A DNA stretch of 63,773 nt, counting the filler, from Caldilineae bacterium (GTDB taxonomy: Bacteria > Chloroflexota > Anaerolineae > DTLA01): assembly GCA_037446815.1 (NCBI GenBank). It is 3 parts of 3 records of this genome, joined end to end, with 100 filler letters (N's around TTAATTAATTAA, not from the genome) between each part and the next. Parts side by side here need not be neighbours in the genome. Positions count along the whole stretch, not along the records: positions 1 to 22,596 come from JBBIHX010000037.1; positions 22,697 to 45,229 come from JBBIHX010000038.1; 1 more part is not named here. One strand, written 5' to 3'. Under the pieces are notes generated by a model. It did no database searches and was not told where the DNA came from. It worked only from the letters and a program-made list of their open reading frames with translations. The position numbers and the translations under genes were made by a program. Below, piece by piece: positions 18,565-27,507 of the stretch; the stretch's first letter is position 1, and each line of letters starts with the position of its first letter.

Positions 18565-20646
18565 ATGGAAGTGATGGTTCTGAGGCGGCCCCGCTGGCTT
18601 GTGTGGGCGTTTGGCACGCTGTTTCTCCTGGCGTTGATGGCTTTGGGGGCCACGGATGCGCACGCTCAGGGACAACCTCAACTCCAATATGTCAGCCACG
18701 AGATCATCTACGACAGCATCAATCATGATGGCGTCGCCAATCCCGGCGAGTTTGTGTATCTGCAGGTGCGGATTCGCAACACCGGCGCGGTAACGGCCTA
18801 CAACGTCAGCGGTAGCCTTCGGACGGGCAACTGGGAAGCCACATGCTACGGCACCGGCGGCTACGGCGATGTGGGGATTGGCGAGGAGAAGGCGCAACAG
18901 TCCGGCGACCTGTATTTCTACCTCAGCCCACTCACGCCTGATGGCCGCGTGATTGAGTTTACGCTGGACTTGTTTGACCAGTTCGGCACCTACTACTCGC
19001 TGGGGCCTTTCCAGATTACCGTGGTGGACAACACGGGCCCGTACCTGCACGACAAGTCGGTAACGCCCAAGATCGCCAGTATATCCAGTTCTGTTACGCT
19101 GACCGCTACGCTGCAGGATGGCTCGGGTATCAACATGGTTACGGCTACCGTGCGCAGTTCGGACAACTCCATTGTTACGCAGTTCCCCATGTATGACGAC
19201 GGGGCGCACGGCGACGGGGCCGCGGGGGATGGCGAGTATGGCGCGGTGTGGACGACGCCATCGGTGGCGCACGACTTCATCGCCGGGTTCTCGGCGGTGG
19301 ACGGCCTGGGGAACGTGGCCGAGTATCCCGATGAGTTGGGGTTCACGACGCGCAGTTTCAGCCGCCATGCCAACATCCTTCTGGTCATTGACGACCTGAA
19401 TGAGCCGGGCCTGGACACATATTACACGAACGCGCTGGCTGCCAACAATTTCACCTACGATCTCTGGTACACCTTCTATCGAGGCTCGGTGCCCGATAGC
19501 GTGATTCTGAATTATGTGCCTTGCATCGTCATCTGGGCGGTGCCCGAGCGGGGGATGCTCAACGACCCGGAGACCCCGTCGGCGCGCAGCACGCTCATGA
19601 ACTACCTGGATCAGGGGGGCAAACTGTTCGTTACCGGACAGGATGTCGGCTACTATATCCACGATCATCCCTTTTATACAAGCTATCTCCACGCCGACTG
19701 GGTGCAGGACAACGTGGACATGTTCGCCATTCGGGGCATCTCGGGGGATGAGATTGGCGATGGGCTGGAGTTCACCATTGACGGGAGCGGCTCGGGCGCG
19801 GGCAACCAGCAGTGGCCCAGCGAGATCAACCCCATTTCGCCCGCGCAGCGCGTGTTTGAGTATTACACGCCCGCAGGCGCGGCGGCCCGACCGAAAACCG
19901 AAGCCACACGCGGCGCTCGCGGTTTTGGCGCAGGCGGACGGTCGCCGAAGCCGTCCGACGTGGAGCCGCAGGAGATTTTGCAGAGCGGGACGGCGGGCAT
20001 CCGCGTGGACACGGGCACGTACAAGGTCGTGTACTTCGCCTTCGGGTTTGAGGGGATTGACGACGAGGCCGACCGGAATGCCGTGATGTGCGCCGTCGTG
20101 GGCTGGCTCCATGGGCACTCCAACTTTGAGAAGAGCCTGGCCGTCGGGTGGAACCTGGTGTCGCTGCCGGTCATCCCGGAGAACACGGCGATCACGGAGG
20201 TGTTGTCGTCCATCGCGGGGAAGTACGCTCTGGTGGAGGCCTACGATGCGGAGCACGACACCTGGCGCATCTACGACCCGGCCATGCCACCCGCGGCCAA
20301 TACGCTTCTCACGCTGGACGAGGCCACCGCGTTCTGGATCAAGATGTGCGAACCGGCCACGCTTCAGGTGCCGGGCCTGCTGCCCATCTACACCGAACAG
20401 CGCCTGTTCGCGGGGTGGAATCTTGTCTCCTATCCGGCCTCGGAGCCGCGCACGGTGGCGGATGCCTTTTCGTCCATCGCCGGCAAGTACACGCAGGTCT
20501 TGCGCTACGAGCCGGGCGAGTCCACGGCCTGGAAACGTTACAATGTGGGCATCCCGCCCTGGGCGAACTCGCTGACCCAGATCACATCCGGCTGGGGCTA
20601 CTGGGTCTACGTTACGCAAGACTGCACGCTGGCTATCGTGAACTAA
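18565..20646 (+). CDS. Large secreted multi-domain protein (Ig-like/choice-of-anchor X-like domain, two GWNLVS repeats)
   Basis: Signal peptide ending AHA-Q; MYDDGAHGDGAAGDGEYG motif; two C-terminal GWNLVS...FW/YW repeats. Confidence 0.82.
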   Translation: MEVMVLRRPRWLVWAFGTLFLLALMALGATDAHAQGQPQLQYVSHEIIYDSINHDGVANPGEFVYLQVRIRNTGAVTAYNVSGSLRTGNWEATCYGTGGYGDVGIGEEKAQQSGDLYFYLSPLTPDGRVIEFTLDLFDQFGTYYSLGPFQITVVDNTGPYLHDKSVTPKIASISSSVTLTATLQDGSGINMVTATVRSSDNSIVTQFPMYDDGAHGDGAAGDGEYGAVWTTPSVAHDFIAGFSAVDGLGNVAEYPDELGFTTRSFSRHANILLVIDDLNEPGLDTYYTNALAANNFTYDLWYTFYRGSVPDSVILNYVPCIVIWAVPERGMLNDPETPSARSTLMNYLDQGGKLFVTGQDVGYYIHDHPFYTSYLHADWVQDNVDMFAIRGISGDEIGDGLEFTIDGSGSGAGNQQWPSEINPISPAQRVFEYYTPAGAAARPKTEATRGARGFGAGGRSPKPSDVEPQEILQSGTAGIRVDTGTYKVVYFAFGFEGIDDEADRNAVMCAVVGWLHGHSNFEKSLAVGWNLVSLPVIPENTAITEVLSSIAGKYALVEAYDAEHDTWRIYDPAMPPAANTLLTLDEATAFWIKMCEPATLQVPGLLPIYTEQRLFAGWNLVSYPASEPRTVADAFSSIAGKYTQVLRYEPGESTAWKRYNVGIPPWANSLTQITSGWGYWVYVTQDCTLAIVN

Positions 20647-20674
20647 TCTCCGCGGGGAACGGCCGCAGAATGCG

Positions 20675-20710
20675 CAGGCCAGGCGAGGAGACCTCCGCCT
20701 GGCCTGTTTG
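20675..20710 (+). terminator. Terminator between convergent genes
   Basis: CAGGCCAGGCG/CGCCTGGCCTG stem then TTTG. Confidence 0.65.
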
Positions 20711-20737
20711 TGTCATTTGGGGCGCGGCTGTGGAGAA

Positions 20738-21106
20738 TCAGCGAGACGGCCCGTTCGGCCTGCGTTTGTGCAGGCCCAGGACGCGGCTGACCGGTACGGC
20801 GAAGAGCAGGCCGGTGTGCGGCTCGTTGAGGTCGCCCACGACCTTCTCCGTGGCCTTGATGACGCGCTCCAAAGAGGCGTCGTCCTCCACGACGGTGAAC
20901 AATGTTCGGTGCTGGAACTCGCGGGTGGCGAAGAGGTCGCGGAGGGAGGGTATAAGGGGAAGGTCGTCGCTGACAATGCCGCGCAGCCGCCCCAGGCCGC
21001 TACTCTCCAGGATGGTAACGCCTCCGACGCCTGCCTGCTCCCATGCGTCCAGCACGGCTGGGCATTGCTCCAGGTTGTCCAACACGAGTATGACTACATA
21101 TGCCAT
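20738..21106 (-). CDS. P-II-like (GlnB-fold) small protein
   Basis: GVGGVTILESSGLG...GDLNEPHTGLLFAVPV pattern; follows the antiporter gene. Confidence 0.7.
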   Translation of the reverse strand: MAYVVILVLDNLEQCPAVLDAWEQAGVGGVTILESSGLGRLRGIVSDDLPLIPSLRDLFATREFQHRTLFTVVEDDASLERVIKATEKVVGDLNEPHTGLLFAVPVSRVLGLHKRRPNGPSR

Positions 21107-21129
21107 ACGGCTGCCTCCTGCGCGATTGT

Positions 21130-22356
21130 TCAGGGTTGCCGGGCTTCAGAGGCCGGCTCGGGCCGTTCTGCCGCTTTCGGTTGCCTGGGATACAGAGCCC
21201 GCAATGCGATGGGCGTAACCAGAGTGGTTACCAGAACTATCAATACAACGCTGGCGAAGATGGCGTCGGTGATGAGCCCGCCGGTAAGGCCCACCGAAGC
21301 CACGATGAGGCCCACCTCGCCGCGGGATGTCATCCCCACGCCCAGGCGCAGCGCCTCGCCTGGCGTGCAGCCGGCGACGATGGCGCCTGTCCCGCACCCG
21401 ATGACTTTGGAGAACACGGCCACGGCCAGGATGGCAAGGGCAAGCGGGATGCCGGCTGCCCCGAGCGTGCGGATGTTCGCCTCCAGCCCGATGCTGACGA
21501 AGAAGATGGGCACCAGCCACGAGTAGGCGATGGCGTGCGCCTTTGACTCAATGGTCTTGTGGGCGGGTGTGCGGGCGAACAGAACGCCGGCCAGGAATGC
21601 GCCGGTGATGGCCGCGACGCCTCCCAATACCTCCGCGGCCCAGGCATACGCGAAAGTAACGACCACCACGAGGCTTATCAGACCCTCGCTGATGGGCAGG
21701 CGGCTCACCACGGCGGTAAGCCGCGGGATGAACCGGTAGCCCAGCAACAAGCCTAGGCCCAGGAACAGGATCATCTTGGCAAGCACCCACAGGATGCCCA
21801 GCACGCCACCATTGCCCCCGGTCAAGGCGATGAATACGGACAGCAGAAGGATGACGAGCACGTCATCCACCACGGCTGCGCCGAGGAGCGCCATCCCCAC
21901 ACGGCTCCGAAGCACGCCCAGCTCCATGAGCGTCTGAGCCGAGATGCTCACGCTTGTGGCCGCCAGCACCAGACCGATGAACGCGCTATGCGCCAGGTCA
22001 AAGCCGAAGGGCAGCGCCACGAGGGCCCCCAGGACGACCGGCGTGATGACGCCGCTCACGCCGGAGAGCACGGCAATGCGCCCGCTCTGGGCCATAGTGC
22101 CCAAATCCACCTCCAGGCCGGCCACGAACATCAGGAAGATGACGCCGATGTGAGCCAGCACGGAGATTACAGGTTCCAGTTCCCCGCCGAAGACGGGCCA
22201 GTGGAGCATGTTCAGCAGCGAAGGCCCCAGCAACAGGCCGACCATCAACTCGCCCAACACGGCGGGCTGGCCAAGCCGCACGCTGAGGTAGCCCGATGCC
22301 TTCGCGGCCAGAATCATGATGGCAAGCGCCAGCAATGTCTGCAACAAGATGTCCAT
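21130..22356 (-). CDS. Cation:proton antiporter (CPA2/NapA family)
   Basis: QPAVLGEL, AATSVSISAQTL, AVVDD, PIFFVSIG, SRGEVGLI. Confidence 0.9.
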   Translation of the reverse strand: MDILLQTLLALAIMILAAKASGYLSVRLGQPAVLGELMVGLLLGPSLLNMLHWPVFGGELEPVISVLAHIGVIFLMFVAGLEVDLGTMAQSGRIAVLSGVSGVITPVVLGALVALPFGFDLAHSAFIGLVLAATSVSISAQTLMELGVLRSRVGMALLGAAVVDDVLVILLLSVFIALTGGNGGVLGILWVLAKMILFLGLGLLLGYRFIPRLTAVVSRLPISEGLISLVVVVTFAYAWAAEVLGGVAAITGAFLAGVLFARTPAHKTIESKAHAIAYSWLVPIFFVSIGLEANIRTLGAAGIPLALAILAVAVFSKVIGCGTGAIVAGCTPGEALRLGVGMTSRGEVGLIVASVGLTGGLITDAIFASVVLIVLVTTLVTPIALRALYPRQPKAAERPEPASEARQP

Positions 22357-22450
22357 AAAAGCGACTCCCGTAGCGGTGATGCATGCATTGAAAGGCAGCA
22401 AGGCGGATTATACCGGCGCTTTGCGGTCAAGGCAAAACGGCGCGGACGTG

Positions 22451-22596
22451 GAGTCGGTTTCATCTTGTGTTGGTGAGACGCATGGGCACTCTCCTCGTGT
22501 GTCGTTGCGAGCGAAGCGAAGCAACCTCACGCTCCAGAGATTGCTTCGGGCGCTCCGCGCCCTCGCAATGACAAATAGCAACAGACTTTGGAACCG
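22451..22596. mobile_element. MITE copy 2 (runs into scaffold end)
   Basis: GAGTCGGTTTCATCTTGTGTTGG...AACAGACTTTGGAACCG. Confidence 0.78.
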
Positions 22597-22696
22597 NNNN
22601 NNNNNNNNNNNNNNNNNNNNNNNNNNNNNNNNNNNNNNNNTTAATTAATTAANNNNNNNNNNNNNNNNNNNNNNNNNNNNNNNNNNNNNNNNNNNN
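22597..22696. other. Artificial scaffold linker
   Basis: N-run with TTAATTAATTAA (stops in six frames) at 22641-22652. Confidence 0.95.
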
Positions 22697-22765
22697 TCGC
22701 TTCGCTCGCAACGACACACAAGGAGAGTGTCCATGCGTTTCACCAACACAAGATGAAACCGACTC
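22697..22765. mobile_element. MITE copy 3 (partial, scaffold start)
   Basis: ...CACCAACACAAGATGAAACCGACTC end. Confidence 0.72.
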
Positions 22766-22777
22766 CCCCCGCCGCGA

Positions 22778-22806
22778 TTGACAGAACCGTGCCCCCGCCG
22801 TATAAT
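22778..22806 (+). promoter_or_regulatory. Consensus sigma70 promoter of tRNA-Val
   Basis: TTGACA-17 nt-TATAAT. Confidence 0.88.
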
Positions 22807-22817
22807 ACATGCGCTGC

Positions 22818-22891
22818 GGGCGAATAGCTCAGTTGGGATGAGCGCCTCGCTTACACCGAGGAGGTCACAGGTTCGAGCCCTGTTTCGCCCA
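22818..22891 (+). tRNA. tRNA-Val(TAC)
   Basis: Acceptor GGGCGAA/TTCGCCC, anticodon arm CCTCG-CTTACAC-CGAGG, GGTTCGA; CCA not encoded. Confidence 0.96.
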
Positions 22892-22901
22892 CCTGTACAC
22901 G

Positions 22902-22934
22902 AGGCCGCCGCCCTGACGAGGCGGCCTTTGTTTT
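22902..22934 (+). terminator. Terminator after tRNA-Val
   Basis: AGGCCGCC/GGCGGCCT stem plus TTGTTTT. Confidence 0.75.
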
Positions 22935-22970
22935 CCTGGGGTTCACCGCGGAGATTCACCGCGGGGACAC

Positions 22971-23120
22971 GATTCGGTTCCAAAGTCTGTTGGTGGCCGT
23001 CATTGCGAGGGCGCGGAGCGCCCGAAGCAATCCCTGGGGCGTGAGGTTGCTTCGCTTCGCTCGCAACGACACACGAGGAGAGTGCCCATGCGTTCCACCA
23101 ACACAAGATGAAACCGAATC
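22971..23120. mobile_element. MITE copy 4, inserted into a CACCGCGGAGAC repeat
   Basis: GATTCGGTTCCAAAGTCTGTTGG...CCAACACAAGATGAAACCGAATC; flanks GGGGACAC/GGAGACAC (7/8). Confidence 0.8.
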
Positions 23121-23214
23121 GGAGACACAGTGCACGCAGAGAAAAAATCAAAACTCCTCTGCGCCCGCTGTGCCTCTGCGGTGGAGTAGGATCGGATTTG
23201 CAGGCGAGGATCCT

Positions 23215-23892
23215 GTGGCAGAACGCATCCTTGTGGTAGAAGACGACGCGAAGATCGCCGACCTCCTGCGGCGCGGCCTGGTCTTTGAGGGCTACGCCGT
23301 GGACGTGGCGGCCGACGGCGAGACCGCCCTGGCGCTGGCGCGCGACCGCGAGCCGGACATCGTCATCCTGGACCTGATGCTTCCGGGCATCAGCGGGCTG
23401 GAAGTCTGTCGCCGCTTGCGCGCCGCCAGCGACGTGCCCATCCTCATCCTCACCGCCAAGGGCGCCGTCGCCGACCGCGTCCAGGGCCTGGACAGCGGCG
23501 CGGATGATTATCTCGTCAAGCCCTTCGCCTTTGAGGAACTCCTCGCCCGCATCCGCGCCCTCCTCCGTCGCCGTCAGCGCGCCGAGCAGGAGGAAATCCT
23601 CCGCTTTGCCGACCTGACCATGAACACCTCCACGCGCAGGGTAACGCGCGGCGACCGCGTCATTGAACTCACCGCCAAGGAGTTTGACCTGTTGGAGTTG
23701 TTCCTGCTCCACCCGCGCCAGGTCCTCACCCGCGACACCATCTACGACCGCATCTGGGGCTATGATTTCGGCGGCGAGTCCAACATCCTGGAGGTGTACA
23801 TCCGCTACCTGCGCGCCAAACTGGAGGCGGGCGGCGAGCCTCGGCTCATCCACACCGTGCGCGGCGTCGGCTACGCCCTGCGCGAGGAGTAG
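23215..23892 (+). CDS. OmpR/MprA-family response regulator
   Basis: [24 protein letters not shown], winged helix ending TVRGVGY. Confidence 0.92.
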   Translation: MAERILVVEDDAKIADLLRRGLVFEGYAVDVAADGETALALARDREPDIVILDLMLPGISGLEVCRRLRAASDVPILILTAKGAVADRVQGLDSGADDYLVKPFAFEELLARIRALLRRRQRAEQEEILRFADLTMNTSTRRVTRGDRVIELTAKEFDLLELFLLHPRQVLTRDTIYDRIWGYDFGGESNILEVYIRYLRAKLEAGGEPRLIHTVRGVGYALREE

Positions 23893-23896
23893 CCCC

Positions 23897-25269
23897 ATGC
23901 CCATCCGCACCCGTCTCACCTTCTGGTACGTGGCGTTGCTGGCGCTGGTGCTGGTTATCTTTGACGTGGCCGTGTACGCGGTTCTGTCGTACCGCACCTA
24001 CGCCGAGGTGGATCGCAGCGTCCAAACCCTGGCCGACCAAATCACCATGTCCATTCGGGCCGAAAACAACCCGCTGTCGGTGTTGGTCTCGGGGCGGGTG
24101 CGCCTGCCGTCGGTGGACGCCTTCTCTACGCCCGACACGTACTGGCAGGTGGTTCGTGCCGATGGGATCATTGCCGCCCGCTCGGCCAACCTGGGCGAGC
24201 AGAGCCTTCCGCTGGACGCCGAGGTGCTCCAGCGGACGCTCCAGGGCGAGAGCGTCCTGGCGACGGCGCGGGCAGGCGACACGCGCGTGCGCATCTACAG
24301 CGCGCCGCTCATTGTGCTGCGCAACATCGTGGGCACGGTGCAGGTGGGGGCCTCGCTGCGGGGGGTGGACGCGACGCTGCGGCGCGTGGCAGGGCTGTTG
24401 GCCGCGGGTACGCTGCTGGCCATCGCCGTTGCCGGCGCTGTGGGGTTCGCGCTGGCGCGGGCGGCCCTGCGCCCCATTGACGAAGTAACCCGGGCGGCGC
24501 TGAACATCACCCGCGCCGAGGACTTGAGCCGCCGCCTGGCCGAACCATCGGTGCAGGATGAGGTCGGCCGCCTTACCGCAACCTTCAACGAGATGCTGGC
24601 GCGGCTGGATGACCTGTTCCGCGCCCAGCAACACCTGGTGGCCGACGTGTCCCACGAACTGCGCACGCCGCTCACCACCATCCAGGGCAATCTGGACCTG
24701 CTCCGCCGCGGCGCGCTGGACGACCCCGACGCACGCCGCGAGGCCATCCGCGCCATTGAGGCCGAGGTCAGCGCCATGTCCCGCCTGGTGGCCGACCTGC
24801 TCCTGCTGGCCCAGGCCGACGCGGGCGTCAAGTTGGAGTTCCGCCCCGTGGAACTGGACACGCTCCTGCTGGACGTGTACCGCCAGGCGCAGACGCTATC
24901 GCGCGGCGTGAAGGTGAAACTGGGCGAGGAAGATCAGGCCCTGGTCATGGGCGACCCCGACCGGCTCCGCCAGTTGTTGCTGAACCTGGTGGACAATGCC
25001 CTGAAGTACACGCCCGCGGGCGGCGAGGTAACGCTCTCCCTCCAGCGGGAGCCGGGCTGGGTCTGCATCTCCGTGTCCGACACGGGCATCGGCATCCCGC
25101 CCGAGGACATCCCGCACATCTTTGAGCGGTTCTACCGCTCGGACAAGGGGCGCACGCGGGGCAAGGGCGGGACGGGCCTCGGCCTCGCCATCGCCAAGTG
25201 GATTGCCGAGGCCCACAATGGCCGCATCACCGTGGAAAGCGCGGTGAACAAGGGCAGCACGTTCACGGT
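23897..25269 (+). CDS. HAMP sensor histidine kinase (3' end in assembly gap)
   Basis: Two TM segments, HAMP, SHELRTPLT, NLVDNALKY, DTGIGI, GTGLGL. Confidence 0.9.
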
Positions 25270-25370
25270 NNNNNNNNNNNNNNNNNNNNNNNNNNNNNNN
25301 NNNNNNNNNNNNNNNNNNNNNNNNNNNNNNNNNNNNNNNNNNNNNNNNNNNNNNNNNNNNNNNNNNNNNT

Positions 25371-25640
25371 GGGCCCTCACCCCAGCCCTCTCCCGGTGGG
25401 CGAGGGTGCATGGCCGCGCGGGGCTGAGGCCGCTGCGGTGAGGGCGGGCTCTTGGGGGACGCGGCCCGGACCTGTCACCCTGAGCGGAGCGAAGGGTCTC
25501 GGTTCGCGAGATTCTTCGCCGCTTCGCGGCTCAGAATGACGGATTGTCGCGGGCGAGGGAGCTGGGCCCTCACCCCAGCCCTCTCCCGGTGGGCGAGGGT
25601 GCATGGCCGCGCGGGGCTGAAGCCGCCGCGCTGAGGGCAC
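25371..25640. repeat. Direct repeats of CCCTCACCCCAGCCCTCTCCC..GAGGG unit flanking a REP-like hairpin
   Basis: About 57-bp unit repeated at 25371 and 25565; GTCACCCTGAGC...GCTCAGAATGAC between them. Confidence 0.7.
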
Positions 25641-25752
25641 GCGCATAGGGCGTAGGGCAAGTTGGCAACTTGCCCTACGGGGGCGAGGATGTGAGCGCAT
25701 GGCCGCATGGGGCCACAGCCGCCGCGCTGAGGGTGCCGGGCAGGGGTGGACC

Positions 25753-27309
25753 TCAGAACCGCCCCATTCCCTCTGCGCTCTCTGGGTCTCGGCGGTGAAT
25801 ATGGGGTACACCGCGCACCAGGATGCTCCCGCCGTACCCCCAGCCGCCCTCGTCCAGGACCACGCACAGCGCCGCGCTGATGAGGAGGTCGTCATGACCT
25901 GCCGCTTCGGGCACGCACCAACGGATGCGCTGGCCCGGGCCGGGCAGGTACTCCACCTCCGCCGCCTCCACCTGCTCCCAGAAGAGACGGCGCAGCGCGT
26001 CCAGCGGCGCGGCCTGCGGATCGCCCGCGCATGGGCCGTGATCCCGAAACCGCCCCGCGTCGCAAGCGGCCATGAATCGCCAGCCGATTTCGGACTTGCG
26101 GGCCGCCGTGAACACGACGGGAATCACCCGCTCGTCCAGCGCCGACCGCAGCAGGTCGGTGATGCCCGCGCCCACGCCGGTGGCGTCGGCGACGATGGCC
26201 GCGGGATTCCACGCCTCGGCCAGCGCCCGAATCTGCCCATACAGCGTGCGGTGGTCCACGCTTGTCCATGCCCTGCGGTGCACCACGCGGTACACGGGCA
26301 GGCTCACGGCATCGTCGGCGTCAATTGCGACGATGGTGAGGGCCGTGGCGTCGTGATCGGCCGGACGAGGCGCGCCCCCCGTCGGCGGGTATCCATCCTC
26401 GGCATCCTCACGTGGCGCGGGCGCGGCGGGGCCGCCGAAATCCAGCAGGAAGGCGTAGGCGCAGTCGGCCTGGGGCGACAGATGGGGCTGGTGATTGCCC
26501 TGCATCAGGGCGCGGCGCTGGGGCGGGAACATCCCCGCGCCCGCGTCCAGTTCCTCCAGGAAGTACTGCGTGCGGATGAGGGGATGCTGGCGGCCCATGC
26601 GCGCCACTTCTTTCTCCAGGTGCGCGGCGTAGGCGGGGACTTCGGCGGCGACCACGTCGGCGGGAACCAGAAAGACGCGCCGAACGCCGTCGCGGGCCTC
26701 CTGCGCGCGGAGTTCGCGGATCACCCGCGCCAGGAGCGTGTTGCGCGTCCAGGCCGTACCGTAGAACACGGTGGTAACATTGGCCGACGCGCCCATGGGG
26801 GCGAAGTCCTTGTCCCATTTGTCGGGGTCCACGTCTTGGGCCTCGTCGCATTCCAGGAGGATGCTGGCCGTCTGGCCGACGACGTTGGCCTCCGGGTGGG
26901 CGCTGAGGAAGACGGCGCGCGCCTTGCCTACCGTGAGGACGTTGCCATGCTCGCGGGCAATGCGGCCCTTCGTCAGCGGATTCTCCAGCAGCGCGGCGAG
27001 GCGCTCCATGCTGACGACGGCCTGCGGCGCGAAGGTGGGCGCCGCCTTGACCAGCGTCCCCCCGACGCGCGAGTGCAGCGCCAACAGGTACGCCTCCACC
27101 TGGGCCGAGAGTTCGTTCTTGCCCGCCTGTCGGCTCATCATCACGGCGAAGGTCAGCCCGCGCCCGCGCAGGACGCTGTCCACGATGGCCTGGGCGGGCG
27201 CCAATTGATAGGCGCGCAGGGGCCGCGCCAGAATGTGGCGGCTGAACAGGTCTATGCGGCGCAGGATGTGGGTCAGCGCGCGCAGGCGCAAGGTGCGTCG
27301 GTCGGGCAT
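25753..27309 (-). CDS. Phage terminase large subunit-like protein (ATPase plus RNase H-like nuclease)
   Basis: LRAYQ Q-motif, Walker A SRQAGKN, Walker B LECDEAQ, YGTAW coupling motif, nuclease LLDFGG / DATGVG / HDDLLISAAL; RBS GAGGAG. Confidence 0.82.
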   Translation of the reverse strand: MPDRRTLRLRALTHILRRIDLFSRHILARPLRAYQLAPAQAIVDSVLRGRGLTFAVMMSRQAGKNELSAQVEAYLLALHSRVGGTLVKAAPTFAPQAVVSMERLAALLENPLTKGRIAREHGNVLTVGKARAVFLSAHPEANVVGQTASILLECDEAQDVDPDKWDKDFAPMGASANVTTVFYGTAWTRNTLLARVIRELRAQEARDGVRRVFLVPADVVAAEVPAYAAHLEKEVARMGRQHPLIRTQYFLEELDAGAGMFPPQRRALMQGNHQPHLSPQADCAYAFLLDFGGPAAPAPREDAEDGYPPTGGAPRPADHDATALTIVAIDADDAVSLPVYRVVHRRAWTSVDHRTLYGQIRALAEAWNPAAIVADATGVGAGITDLLRSALDERVIPVVFTAARKSEIGWRFMAACDAGRFRDHGPCAGDPQAAPLDALRRLFWEQVEAAEVEYLPGPGQRIRWCVPEAAGHDDLLISAALCVVLDEGGWGYGGSILVRGVPHIHRRDPESAEGMGRF

Positions 27310-27388
27310 GGTCATCTCCTCGTGCTGGGGCGGCGTTTGTCTGTGGGCCCGCTAATCCCTTGTTTCGCACAGGCTATCGGCCCATGCT

Positions 27389-27401
27389 GCGTTGATAAGG
27401 G
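27389..27401 (-). promoter_or_regulatory. Upstream motif CCCTTATCAACGC (copy A, terminase leader)
   Basis: Identical to 33968-33980 and in the same orientation relative to the downstream gene. Confidence 0.55.
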
Positions 27402-27507
27402 TGAACATGCGCGGCTTGCCCGCCAGGCGGCCCTGCGCTACAATCCATCCGAAACGGGCTGCCACCCATGGCACCATCTGTGGCACTAACCCCAGGAGGT
27501 GAGGATC

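Noticed and set aside
22597..22696. TTAATTAATTAA palindrome within Ns (also 45230-45329)
   Set aside because: Artificial six-frame-stop scaffold linker; adjacency across it is not biological
22892..22894. tRNA-Val lacks an encoded CCA
   Set aside because: Common in bacteria; CCA is added post-transcriptionally
27340..27401. CTTATCAA motif as a SAM-I riboswitch start
   Set aside because: Lacks the AGAG/GAGGGA, GCAACC and closing GATAAG elements
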